Shown in pieces: positions 37,851 through 50,456 of a stretch of 64,000 nt of DNA; positions within the stretch are counted from its first letter, which is position 1; each line of letters opens with the position of its first letter. The notes below the pieces were generated by a model. That model searched no databases. It was not told where the DNA came from and saw only the letters and a program-made list of their open reading frames with translations. A program made the translations under genes and the position numbers. Where the stretch lies: contig CM060734.1 in assembly GCA_030704615.1 (NCBI GenBank), forward strand, positions 23,250,001-23,314,000, given 5' to 3'. This DNA comes from Takakia lepidozioides (Eukaryota; Plantae; Bryophyta).

Positions 37851-38318
37851 TGCGACCGTCAGCAAAGGTTGGTCGGACAAATTTTTATTTTCTTAAAATA
37901 GGTGCGACCACCAGAAGGGGGTGGTCGCACATTTTTTCTTATTTTTTAAATGGGTGCGACCACCAGCAGGTGGTGGTCGCAGCATTTTCATTTTTTTTAA
38001 TAGGTGCGACCACAAGCAAAGGGTGGTCGCACATTTTTTCTTTTTTTAAAATTGGGTGCGACCACCAGCAGGTGTTGGTCGCAATTTTTTCTTTTTTTTT
38101 AAATATGTGCGACCACCAGCAGGTGGTGGTCGCAACTTTTTCATTTTTTAAAATAGGTGCGACCACCAGCAGAGGATGGTCGCACATTTTTAATTATTTT
38201 TTAAATGGGTGCGACCACCTGCCGGTGGTGGTCGCAGATTTTTTCTTTTTTGTTATTAGGTGCGACCGCTCCCTGGACACGTGGCGAGGCGTGAATGGGC
38301 AGCTGAGGCGGTCGCACG
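37851..38318. repeat. Array of ~8-9 TGCGACCACC-n-GGTGGTCGCA palindromes, period ~51 bp, T/A-rich spacers
   Basis: Directly visible. Ends just upstream of a TATA-like tatataag (~38337) preceding the kinase ORF. Confidence 0.9.
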
Positions 38319-38631
38319 TCAGGCCTCTCTAGGCAGTATATAAGGGCCTACCCCTCATTCCCAACCCACTTTTTTCCCTCTCTGTGAGTGCGGTTCTAGG
38401 GCTTCTTGGAGTTTGAACTTCAGTGGCCAGGACTCAGCGTAGGGGGGGAGAAAGTGGATTTGTGTGGGGGAGGAGTTTTTGCCTTTTTTTCCTGGGACTG
38501 CGGGAGAGTTTGCTTTGGGTACTATACCAATAGAGAGTGAGGAAATTGGTCTGCTAGTATATAAGGTTATCAATAGTTTGGGTTTAGTTTTCCGTTACGA
38601 AGCCGCGTCTATTCCGCAGAGTACTTTCATC

Positions 38632-40139
38632 ATGTCCGGAAACGTTGCTTCGAACGCAGTGTCTGGGGGTTCCTCGGGAAGTGGGCGTAAAGGTAGGAAG
38701 CGTAAACATGCACATGAACGGGATAGTCAGGTCAACAAAAAAGACATCCAAGCGCAGAGGCCGCGAAGGTGGTGAAGCAAGTAGTGCTGGATTATTTGAA
38801 GGACAATGACATAATGCGTTTGAATCTTTTGTATGTCCGACATGGGAATGAGGGGTTCCTTAGATTCCGGCACAATATGGAGATGAGAATGAGAGAGGCT
38901 TTGGCCGGGGATGAATGGGAGGAGGACAGGGCGAAGTTCCAGTTCACGAAATGGATGGAGGACCGGGCCCATGATGCCACATGGAATCTGAGGCAAACCA
39001 TGGACAAGTTTGTTACGAGAACACCTATAGCTGAAGGTCACATGCCAACTTCGGAGGAGAAGTTGTTTGTGCTTGTGGATTGGTGGTCTGACATGGCAAA
39101 GGCCCACGCCAAACGACGTACAAAACCACTCCCATGGAAGGCAGGGTCCTCGTCCGCGGATGCGACATTGAACGTGAGATACATATCCACAAACACACAG
39201 GTACAACAACTCGATGCGCCCAAACAGGGAGGGTATGGTACAATTCGGAGGGTTAGAATTGTTGGGGATCAATTCATTCCTCCATCTTGGGAGCTAGCAG
39301 GGAAAACGCCCAGGGAAACAAATGTTGAGCTTGCCAAAGTCCAACATAACAATAAGGCGTTGGCTGTAAAGTTCCATCATTTCGGCATCATAAAGTATTT
39401 TGCATTGCATCCACGTCGAAATGAAGGTTACACACTTTGGTGGAATGGGGGGACCATACGATCATGGTTGAGTATTGACAGGAAATGAGGGAATGATCGG
39501 GATAACAGGGAGTTAATGGAACGACGGAGGACGGAGCAGGAAATGTAGGAGGTCAACCGACTGGTTCGATTCCGACAGAATCGCACCCAATTGACATGGG
39601 CGCTTTTGCACATCATGCTCAACGTCCATAATCACCACCTCTTGCACAACGACATGTCCCCCGATAACAACTTGTTGCATTTTCCACAAGGGTCTGAAGA
39701 TGTGTACATCGGGGTATGCGATTGGGGGATGGCCTTCACGACGGATGACCCAAAAACCACGTTGTACATTTTCGAGAGCAGAGACAAGATGATAAAGACT
39801 CTCGCACATAGATGGTGGATTGCACCTGAAATTGCAATTGTTCATAATGTAGCCAACAACCAGTCAGATGGCACACCTCGTAGGCCCCCTCTAACCGTGC
39901 CATCAGAGACCTTTGCAATTGGGAAGATAGCCCAGGCAATAAATGGGGGTAACACGTTCGATGCAAGTCTGTTCAACGATATGTCTATTGGAACCTGTTT
40001 TGCTTCCGCTCTGGAAAACTTGTGTGTAGACATAGTAGAATTGCGGTACAAACTAGAAAATGTTGTGAAGCGTTTCATGACGGGGCTATTCAATTGGCCT
40101 GAGCCCAAAAATTGCTGGAGGATGGATAGAAATTTGTAG
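38632..40139 (+). pseudogene. Intronless protein-kinase gene with a basic (NLS-like) N-terminus; one frameshift (~38770) and two in-frame stops (39486, 39546)
   Basis: Gly-loop KQGGYGTIRRV, LAGK, HNDMSPDN, VCDWG and WIAPE. ORFs 38769 and 39591 are in the same frame. Confidence 0.85.
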
Positions 40140-40299
40140 ACCTCTGACTATACATCATGTTTGAATAAATGTTGTTTTCAATTGTGTTTGTCTCGTATCA
40201 TAATGTTTTAATGGTTTGTTACTTGGCCATGGCACCTGGGTCCATCATATGGGATAATCAAGCACCACACCCACGAATTTTGAAGAGTGACAGTGTACA

Positions 40300-43200
40300 C
40301 CGGGTCAATGGGTGAACCAATCGTTCCCCTGCCAAATGATTTTAGATTGATTTGAAACTTTGGGAGTGTGTTGTACATGCCCTCTTTAAGTTACCAGACA
40401 AGTATGAGGTCAATCTAAAATGGTTCTAAGGGTGAACCAATAGTTCTCCTATTAAATGATTCATGATTGAAAATTGGTTGAAATGTTTAACGAGTCGTTC
40501 GGGGGGCAAATGTTTATTTCTTTGCTTGCAACTTTGTGTACGTGATTTGTATGTACTTAAGCACATATGGACCAAAGTTGAACTTCAACAAATTTGTTTG
40601 AATCGGTTATTCAAATTCATAAGGAGAAACAACCTTTTGCCTGCACATGAATTGTTTTTAATTCCATTCTGAAGCCATATGCTTGATAACAACATGAAGA
40701 GTTGCATGCAAAATATCATCATGAACAGACATCGTCTACATCCAAAACACATTTTATTCCCTCATTTGCACTCCAAGGTGAAGTTATCTTCAACTTCATG
40801 CACTCTTCATAGAGAGTTCTGCAATAGTGAGCATAGAGCAAAGGATAACGTTTTTTTCCAGACATTTTTCTTTGGTACATTTTTTGGCAAGGATGTGGTG
40901 GTGTGAGGGTTCAACTCACAGAACAAAATCAAGCCAAAAATAAAATCATTGCGCCCCACACTCATTGCGCCCCACAATCCTATGCCCTCTAAATCATTTT
41001 ATTTAGTAAAAATCCAGTTCAATTCAAAATTGGAGGAAAGGGTGAACGGAAACTTCCCCAATGAAATGATATTTTATTGCTCCGAAACTTTGCAAGTGTC
41101 TTCTACATGCCCTCTTACACGTCTTTGAGAAGTATGACATCAATCAAAAATGGTTTAAAGGGTGAACCAATCATCCCCCTACCAAATGATTTTAAATTGA
41201 TTTGAAACTTTGCAAGTGTCTTGTACATGCCCTCTTACATGTCTTTCACAAGTTTCAAATCAATCTAAAATGGTTAAAAGGGTGAATCAATCATGAACAT
41301 ATCAAATGATTTTGGAGTGCTTTAAAGCTTTGTAAGTGTCTTTCACATGCCATTTTAAAGGTACCGGACAAGTATGAGGTTAGTAAAATATGGTTGAAAG
41401 GGTGAACCAATTGTTCCCCTATCAAATGATTTTACATTGCTTTGAAGCTTTGCAAGTGTCAGCCACATGCCCTCCTATAAGTATCGGACAAGTATGACGT
41501 GAATAAAAAATGGTTGAAAGGGTGAACCAATCATTCCGCTATCGAATGATTTTATATTGCTTTGGATGTCATTGCTTTGGTAATTCTAGCCCCCCAATGG
41601 CCCATTGTAACCCTTGAATTACAATTCAAAATGCAATTCAAGCCCTTAAAATTGATACTGTCAGTCCCTAAAATGACCAACCCCGGCCGCCCCTCAAATT
41701 GTAATTTGAGCCCTTGAAATTGTCAATTCCAACCCCTCAAATTGCAATTGAAGCCCCTGAAATTTAATTCCAACCCCTCAAATTGCAATTGTAGCCTGTG
41801 AAATGGCAATTGCTAGTGCAGCCCCTGCAATTGGCAATTGAAGCCCCTGGACTGGCAGTTTCAGCCCCTCAAATTGCAAGTCCAGCCCCTGAAATTGGCA
41901 ATTCGAGCCCCATAAATGGCAATTTCAGCCCCTGAAATTGGCTATGGGTGAACCAATCATTCCCCTGCCAAATGATTTTGGATTCATTTGAAACTTTGCG
42001 AGTGTCTTGTACATGCCCTCTTAAAGTTACTGGACAAGTATGATGTCAATGTTAAATGGTTCAAAGGGTGAACCAACAGTTCCTCTGTTGGATGATTCAT
42101 GATTAATCGTTAACGATTGATCTCATATTACACTGGGACCTATCAGAGGGTACATTGAACACACTGGCCAAGTCTCAAAGTGAACGAAAATCATTTGGAT
42201 GGACAACCATCTGTCGGCCCATTGAACCAATTTCGATTGATCTCATATTACTCTAGGGCCTCTTCCATGGCACATTGAACATACTGGCCAAGTCTCAAAG
42301 CGAACCAAAATCATCTCAATGGCCAACCATCCGTTGAGCCATTGAATGAATTTTGATTGATCTGATATTAGTCCGAGACCTGTGAGAGGGTGTCTCAAAC
42401 GTACTGGCAAAGTTTGGAAGAAAACAAAAATGATTTGGATGGGCAACCATCCGTTCACCCGTTGAATGTATTCCGCTGGATCTGCTATTGCTTTGGAACC
42501 CGTTGGACTGTGTTTCGCGTGCTCACGATTTTTTTTTCATTCGGTTTTTGAATGGGGCGTGTAATGTAGCCATATGCAACGTGCGTGCCAAATTTGGGAG
42601 CGAACATAATTCATTTGGACCCAAAACCACAGTTTCTTCCCTATTTTGCACTCCAAACTTTGATTTGTGTTCAACTTCATGCACTCTTCATATAGAGTTC
42701 TGCAATAGTGAGCGAAGAGAACACTTTTTTTGGGGGCATTTTTTATTGGTCCAAATTTTGGCGGGGGAGTAGCGGTGGGATGTTGGAAGCCGCAGAACAA
42801 AATTGAGCCAAAAACAAAATCGATACATGCCAGAAACCCCCAATGAAAGGTAGTGCAAACCTATTTATTAGCTTAAAATTAATTTAGATTCAATTACATT
42901 ATGGAATGGCTTGGTGTCGATGGGGAGGAAAATGATTTATTCGTCTGTTGTGTCTCCGCACATGTGTCGCACACATGTTCAAGCACATGCGGGCAAAAGA
43001 GGGGCTTCAACCACATCCGTTCAATGGGTGCAATAGTCGTGCACGCATTGCAGGATTTCTTTTTTGCAATGAACAAAAACCAGCTGACAACTGAACGCCT
43101 CATTGGCCCATCGAACGAATTTCGATTGATCTCATATTATACTAGGACCTATCAGAGGGTACATTGAACACGCTAGCCAAGTCTCAAAGAGAACGAAAAT

Positions 43201-43830
43201 CATTTGGATGGACAACCATCCGTCGGCCCATTGAACCAATTTCGATTGATCTCATATTACTCTGGGGCCTCTTCCATGGCACATTGAATATACTGGCCAA
43301 GTCTCAAAGCGAACCAAAATCATCTCGATGGCCAACCATCCGTTGAGCCATCGAATGAATTTCAATTGATCTGATATTAGTCCGGAACTTGTGAGAGGGT
43401 GTCTCAAACGTACTGGCAAAGTTTGGAATCAAACAAAAATGATTTGGATGGGCAACCATCCGTTCACCCGTTGAATGTATTCCGCTGGACCTGCTATTGC
43501 TTTGGGACCTGTTAGACTGTGTTTCGCGTGCTCGCGATTTTTTTTTTCATTCGGTTTTTGAATGGGGCGTGTAATGTAGCCATATGCAACGTGCGTGCCA
43601 AATTTGGGAGCGAACATAATTCATTTGGACCCAAAACCACAGTTTCTTTCTTGTTTTGCACTCCAAACTTGATTTGTGTTCAACTTCATGCACTCTTCAT
43701 ATAGTGTTCTGCAATAGTGAGCGAAGAGAACACTTTTTTTTGGGGGCATTTTTGATTGGTCCAAATTTTGGCGGGGGAGTAGTGGTGGGATGCTGGAAGC
43801 CGTAGAACAAAATTGAGCCAAAAACAAAAT
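40300..43830. repeat. Satellite family A complex: diverged ~120-bp subfamily (40300-42100) joined in inverted orientation to ~1.7 copies of the ~1010-bp unit (42110-43830)
   Basis: gggtgaaccaat... recurs at 120-bp spacing (41041, 41161, 41281, 41401, 41521). The 42115 unit recurs at ~43125. Confidence 0.85.
41590..41945. repeat. ~21-bp minisatellite (agcccctgaaattggcaatt)
   Basis: More than 10 degenerate tandem copies. Confidence 0.8.
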
Positions 43831-44315
43831 CGATACGTGCCAGAACCAGCGACCACCGCTGCCCCAACTTCCAAACTTCCCAACCTGGTTCCACAAGAAT
43901 GTTGGGTCATTGTATATGTTCCAACGAAGTTCGCGCCTGGCCTTTTTTTGGTTTTTTTTTTGGAGGTCCAGGTTCATTATCGTCATCCCTGGGATGACCT
44001 CCTCTGTCTTCTTTCTCCGCCATTTATGGCTTTGGCTTACCCCTACTCGACAGGTGTTTGCTAAGAAAAATGCTCTCCCAACCCTCCTAAATCGTACCTA
44101 ATCCTACTCCCTAATGAATCCTCCCCAATTACTAGAGGCACGTGTCACTCCCTCGGCAATTCTGAGTGATATGACGCAATGTGCATTGAAAAAAATGTAG
44201 GTGCTAGAGGAGGGCTTCCCGGGAGGTACTCAACATCGATGAATACCGATCTTATAAGCCCCCCCTCCACACTCGGGGCGCGCACTGTCATCATGACTGC
44301 GCACGCTAGTAATAG

Positions 44316-45090
44316 TTGCGACCGCCAGCATAGGTGGTCGCATCTTTTTTTCTTTTCTTTATTATGTGCGACCACCAGCAGGGGGGTGGTTGTAGAATTT
44401 TTATTTTTTTTAATAGGTGCGACCACTAGTGGTCGCAGATTTTTTTATTTTTTTAATGGGTGCCACCACCAGCATGGGGGTGGTCGCAGATTTTTTTGTT
44501 TTTTAATCAGCAGGGAGGTGGTCGCATTTATTTATTTATTTATTTAATAGGCGCGACCACCAGCAGAGGGGTGGTCGCAGAAATTTTGTTTAAAACAAAT
44601 AGGTGCGACCACCACCTCCTGGTGGTCGCACTATTTTTTTTTTCTTTAATAGATGCGACCACCAGCAGGGGGGTGGTCGCATAATTTTCCGATTTTTTAA
44701 TATCTACCAACAGTCAGTAGCTCAATTGATTAAGTGCACTGAGTGCGACCCGGACGATTCTGGGGTCAAATCTTGCTACTTGATGGGTGTGGTATGGTTC
44801 GTGTGTGGTGCCCCATCCCTACGCCTCTTGGTGCATAAATGAAAGAGGTTATTTTCTCCTCTTACTACTAAGGGGCCTGATTTGTGAGCTATCGCTCCCA
44901 GGTGTTTCCCAAAATAAAATAAAATAAAATCTGCGACCACCAGCATGGGTAATCAGTAAATCAGTAAATAGGTGCGACTACCAGCAGGGGGGTGGTCGCA
45001 ACATTTTTCTTTTATTTTAACAGTTGCGACGACCGCTATTGGTGGTCACACAATTGTTTTTTAAAAAATAGGTGCGACCACCAGGAGGTT
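44316..45090. repeat. Second array (~12 copies) of TGCGACCACC-n-GGTGGTCGCA palindromes
   Basis: Same motif and spacer type as 37851-38318. Confidence 0.9.
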
Positions 45091-45409
45091 GATCCCCTTG
45101 CACCTGTATGTATGTTTGGAGAGGCAGATGAAAAGCACATGTATCGACTCCCCATGGATTTGTGAAGGGGAAGATGAATGTTGGGAGCTGCATCTGGCTT
45201 TTGTGGCTTTTGAAACCATAATAGGAAATCAACAATGTAAAGGTAATGACGAAACACAAACACACGCACAACCACCAAACCCTTTCTTGGGTACACATAT
45301 TCCACCATTTTTATTTTCGTACACGTATGCATGTACCCAAGCTGAAACATGGATATCCATGGAAACATACTACACATCATGTGACAAGTCACAGAAGTTA
45401 TAGCTGTAC

Positions 45410-46610
45410 CTAATTCCGTCTGGCACGACAACGATGGTATGATCTCACGTCTAGTACAAAATCTTCGTCCCCACTCACTTCACCCCCGTTCCCATGATTA
45501 GTGCTAGAATCATGATCTCCATCTGTTCTTTCGTTTCCAGAGGCAACTGGCCGTTGGACCCGTGGTCGTCCTCGGAGTACGTTCAGTTGTCTCTCTGGTC
45601 GATTTCCATCTGTAATCGTTTCATCTCCTCCACCAGACCACTGTGCATCAACTCTACCCAAGCTATCTCAAGGCTTTCAAAACCTCCTCCGTAAAAGACC
45701 TGCTAAGATACTGTTGGTTTTGTTTCATGGCAAACAGAATGTTTAGTATCTGACCAATTTCCCTCAACCCTGGATACTCGGCTTTGGTGCAAGTGAATCC
45801 CTGGTTCCTGAAAAAACTTGTTTCTTGGAAAAGATCCCCTACTTGCAATCTTGCCCTGTGTTCATCCACGCTCACATTACCAGATGGTAATTCAAAAAGC
45901 TGTTACAAGTACTGCGGAGTAACTTGTATATCTACGCCCTTCACCTGGATAACTCATGTCTTTGCCTCAAAGTTCTTGATGAACTGGATCATGAAATCCC
46001 GATGATACAAAGACCACTCTTTGCGCAGCAATCCCTCCAACCGCAACTCCTTCAGCAACTGCACTGCCTGTGGTGTGGCAGTTGTTTGCCTCTGTAAGAT
46101 CGTCGTGCTCTTCACTCGTAGATCCTCCATTTCTCTAATTCGATTCATCCCGGACAAACAAGAAGACCTTGTTTGGAATAATTGCAGGAAATCTTGTAAT
46201 GCATATAGCATGAAAGTGTGATTAGCACAGAATGGAACAGGTAGGTGGGTGTAAGCCTGTGGGGCTTGCAAATAGTGAGTGAGAGAGAAAGTGCTTTCAA
46301 CCTGTCCTCCCTTGCGCCACTGCGTAAGAAGTAGAGCTAGTGTATAGTCCGTGATATCCACCATAGCTACAAAGCTATAGCTTTGATTGCCCCTCCTGTC
46401 GAGACACTGGTTATCCGGGATAACACCTATTCTTCCACTCATAATCTTCTTAGTTTCTTGTTCTTGTTTCTTGAATGGAGTCTCTTGCACAAAATTCACG
46501 TTGCTGATTGGCCATTGCTTCATTAGGTAACTTCTCATTTTTACCCTAATCTGTTCACATTCCATCTTGGAATGACCACTAGGATTGCATATGTGGCATA
46601 GGTTCCCCTT
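45410..46610 (-). pseudogene. Disrupted ORF cluster of unknown function with an N-terminal CCHC zinc knuckle
   Basis: The in-frame extension of ORF 45954-46565 reads CHICNPSGHSKMEC (46557-46598). ORFs 45663-45875 and 45410-45661 may be downstream remnants. Confidence 0.45.
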
Positions 46611-46984
46611 TGTCGGACTCGTAAAGTGTTCCGTTACCTGTCATTTGGATGCATTAATGGGTTCGTAATAAGTTTCGGCTGATGTACTGGGTAGGTATTT
46701 TGACGGCCATGAATTCAAACACTCTCCCGTCTCCTACTATCCGCGTGGCACATTCTCCGAGTTTGACTTCCAAACTGTCTTTACACTTACCGGCCACTTT
46801 ACTGACGTTAACCCGTGTCCACTTGTCACTGCCCTTATGGACTGTGCAACCTGTGTGGGCTGTGTCGCCTATGTTGGGCCATGACAGGCTGTGACAGACT
46901 GTGGTAGGCTATGATATGTTGTAGTAGACTGTGGTGGGCTGTGATGGCTATGTGAACACATGTGTTCTCTGCTATGGCCATACA

Positions 46985-47200
46985 CATTCGCCTATGCTGG
47001 CGGTCGCTTATTTATTTTAAAGTTTTTTTAAATGAAGCGACCGCCTATGTTGGCGGTCGCTTATTTATTTTATGTCTTTTACCACTCACTTGTCCTAATG
47101 CACTGGTTCTTCATCACTCTGGGGCCAGAGTGGTTTAGTGTCTTTTACCACTCAAAATGAGTGGTTAACAGAGTGGTTATTCCACGTTTTTCTTCTAGTG
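46985..47200 (-). mobile_element. Right terminus of a CACTA-type element (terminal ...TTTTTCTTCTAGTG) with subterminal palindromes
   Basis: Reverse complement reads CACTAGAAGAAAAACG. Contains gcgaccgcc..ggcggtcgc and accactc..gagtggt repeats. Gypsy coding sequence begins exactly at 47201. Confidence 0.8.
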
Positions 47201-49069
47201 CAATAACTCGGAATTCCAGTCATGGAATACCACTGGCCTGTTTCAGCCATGGTCGTCCTAGCAATAAGGAATAAGCTTCCATGACATCATCCATCTTCAA
47301 CACAATTACTGTGATCTTGAAAACCATCTTTTGGATTTGTATTTTTACTCCTCTTATCAAGCCCAATGGCTGTACACTTCTTTGATCTGCCATTGTTACT
47401 GTGAATGGGGCTGGTTTCATATTACTAAGACCAAGCTTCTGCCTAATTGGTCTATCATGATATTCACTCCCGAGCCTCCATCTATCAGTACATCAGTCAG
47501 GAATGTGCTTCCAATTTTCAATTGGATTATTGGCATGGAATCATCATAGTCCGTGATAGTTTCTTGCCCTTCAGGCTTCACATTATAGCTTGTCACTTTG
47601 CTGCTCAGGTCTGTACTTTCTGTTACATGAGCAATCTGATTGATTGCTTGATACAGCCTGTGTCTACAGTGGGGTACCACAGCCAATAGCTGCCCAATTG
47701 TAATCTCTGCTTTGGACTGGCATATTACTTCAGCCAATAACCCTTTAGCATTTAACACCTGTGAAGCATCATGCTTCATTGTTTCCTCATCTTTATCTTC
47801 TTCATCTTCTCTTTCAGAGTCTGATGACTCTGCTATAGGGATATTTGTATCTTTCCGCATTTCCCTTATAGTATCTGCCACTTCCTTGTGCAGTTTCTTC
47901 TCTTCCCTCCAGGCCTTAGATTATCTTCAGGCACATCACTGTCATCCTCATTATCTTCTTCTTCCTCATCTACAGGCGGCAACAACTTAGCCTTATTTCT
48001 AGTAATTATCATGGTACTCACTTCTGGTACAAAACATGGCATTACCATGTGAGCTGCCACTACTGGGCCTTCATTTATAGGAGTTCTCATCTCATTCTGA
48101 TGTCTAATCCAGAAGGGATAGACTGCTTTGCGAGTCCTGGTTGGTTACAATAGTAACACACTTCTTCACCATTGGGTCCTCGCCCCTAGTCCATTCTGGG
48201 ATTATGTCTATAATCCTGATTCCCTGGCTGTTAATTTCTCCTTGGATTACCCTGATAATTGCCTCTGGGATTGCCTTGGTAATTCCCTCTTGGATTACCT
48301 CTTCCTGCCATGCCATTGTTATATTCACCAGGTCTACCATAGTTACCCTGGTCATTGTTCCTTTTGTGCTGGGGTTGCACCTGATGCACCCCCACGTGTC
48401 TATTCTCCCTGGTTACTATCTTTGTGTTGTAGTAGCAATTCTCAGTAGAATGGTTACTCATTTTACAGATAGCACAGTGTTTCTCCTTCATCTGGCATTC
48501 GGCTGTGGTATGGCCTTCATTTTGGCATTTTGAACATCAGGCACCCTTCCTCCAGTGTATTGCAGCTTATGTAGCATACTTCTTCAAGATCTCTTCCAAT
48601 CTTTTCTCATAGTTATCTTTCTTTAACTTTTCCTTCTTCTTGGAATTTTTCTTGTCCTCTTGCTCCTCTTCCTCATCTAACTCATCTTTAGAGTCATCAT
48701 CATCCTTTTTATCCTTCCTAAGCATTTTTCCTTGCTCAATTCTGTTGGCGGTTTCAAATGCCTCTTCCACTGTATTGTGTGGTAACATATCCACCTTTCT
48801 TTGTAACTCAGGTCTAAGACCATTTACAAACCATCTCTTTTGTAAATCTACAAGTGGCACATCAGTCCGTTTCCTGATCATTAATTCCAACTTTTCCAGA
48901 TACTCCTCAACAGTTTCATGCTTCTTCTGTCTCAACTGTTGTAGGCTACTGTACAATTCTCATGTGGTTTTGCTTGTCCTGAATTTGTTCCGGAATGCTG
49001 GTCTAAGAGCATTCCAGGTTAGGAAATGGTTATCAGGAAATCAAGCATATCACTCAATTGCTTTATTGG
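47201..49069 (-). mobile_element. Ty3/gypsy gag-protease remnant trapped between two CACTA termini
   Basis: Gag (FPDNHF.TW...WFVNGL), CAICKMSNHSTENC knuckle, protease VLIDGGSGVNIM...LLLGRPWL. Related to the element at 1762-5720. Confidence 0.9.
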
Positions 49070-49442
49070 CACTACAACAAAAACGGGCTTTTACGACTCT
49101 GTGTTATGACTGCAAATGCAGTTATGAAAACCATTTACGACTTCCTGACTCTGTTGTCGTAGAAGCCTAGTTAGTTGTGACATGGAAGTCGTGGCTGCCA
49201 TGGAGTCGTAAGTGACAGTCGTCAGGCTTTTTGTGACGTGGCGCCTTCAGCAGCGTGTTCATAGTCATACACGCTGGCTTTACTAAATGACTGAATGGAT
49301 AGTGTCTGCCATGTCAGCCGCTGTGTAAGAAAAACACGTGTTGTCTACAGAACCTGCAACGTGTCAGACTACGAGGCCATCCTTGACTGTGAACTATGAC
49401 TGCGGAGGAGGGAATCAGACGTCAGCACGTCAGGGATGCCTC

Positions 49443-49545
49443 GGCGTGAGCCTGGTCACGTGAGCGCGTGAGCGCGACTGCGCTCACGCCACGTCACCTT
49501 GCGCAAATGCCACGTCACGGGGCTCAGTCCACGTCATCACACGTG
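49443..49545. repeat. GC-rich GGCGTGAGC / GCCACGTCA cluster; left arm of an imperfect inverted repeat with 60575-60616
   Basis: ggcgtgagcctggtcacgtgagcgcgtgagcg versus the reverse complement of the right arm, ggcgtgagcgttgcacgtgagcgcgcgagcg. Confidence 0.6.
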
Positions 49546-50456
49546 GAGGCCGAGTCACCACGCACCCAGAAAGAAGTGGAGTGTATTCCCGCGGATTGGC
49601 ACCCTTTACCGCGGAAACAAGCTGGACGACATAATAAAAGGCATTGAATAAATGATGGATGAATGTACAGTTGGATGATAAACAGATGGATGAGTTTGAA
49701 AAATCTGTGTAGATGGATGAATGACGGATGGATAAGAGTAAAATGGATGAATATATAATGGATGTTGAGCAATGACAAAAATTCATGACAGGAAGATGCA
49801 TGACCAAATCTTTTGACGAATGCACAAAGTATATGAAATGAGTGTGGAAGGTTTGTGGGGTGGATTAAAGAGTACAGAGGATGAATGTACAATGGATGTT
49901 GTACAAAGGAAGCTTTCATGAATGGAGCACGCATGAATACAGTGTAGATGAATGCACAATGGATATGAGAAGAGTCAGGAAGGTTTGTGAGATGGATTCA
50001 TACATATAGCAATTTAAACGAAAGTTGATTCTGTGATTATTATTTGTTCTAAAGGAACAACTACGGTAGAGTAAGGGGATTCAACGTTTTCCAGATAATA
50101 TGAAAATGAATATTGAAAGAATACAGTTCAGTCTGACTCAGAGTCAGTACAATGTATCCCCTCTTCCTCTGCATCTAAGTCTAAGTATTTTAGAACACCG
50201 GATCCACGCTGGATACACCTACGGCTGGCCACTAAAAAGTCAGGGGATAGGGACTCGGACGCGTGAAGTGCCATTGCTTCGGCATAAACAGGGAGCAGAA
50301 AATTGGAAAGGGGGCTGTCAAAACAGACTCGCCAGAAATGACTGTATCTCCTGAAGATCCACCGCTGGCTTTCCTGAAAGACAGCCTGAAAAAGTTATTA
50401 CTGTAACTTTGATGTTATCGAGAAATTGAGTATGACTCCCAAAGAGGGTTTAGCAC

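Noticed and set aside
37851-38318. CRISPR-like appearance of the regularly spaced palindromes (also 44316-45090 and 52296-53018)
   Set aside because: Spacers are low-complexity T/A tracts or mutually related rather than unique. There are no cas genes, and the context is eukaryotic with introns.
49630-50000. GATGGATGAAT-rich tract and its ORFs 49484-49934
   Set aside because: Low-complexity degenerate repeat with no coding signature.
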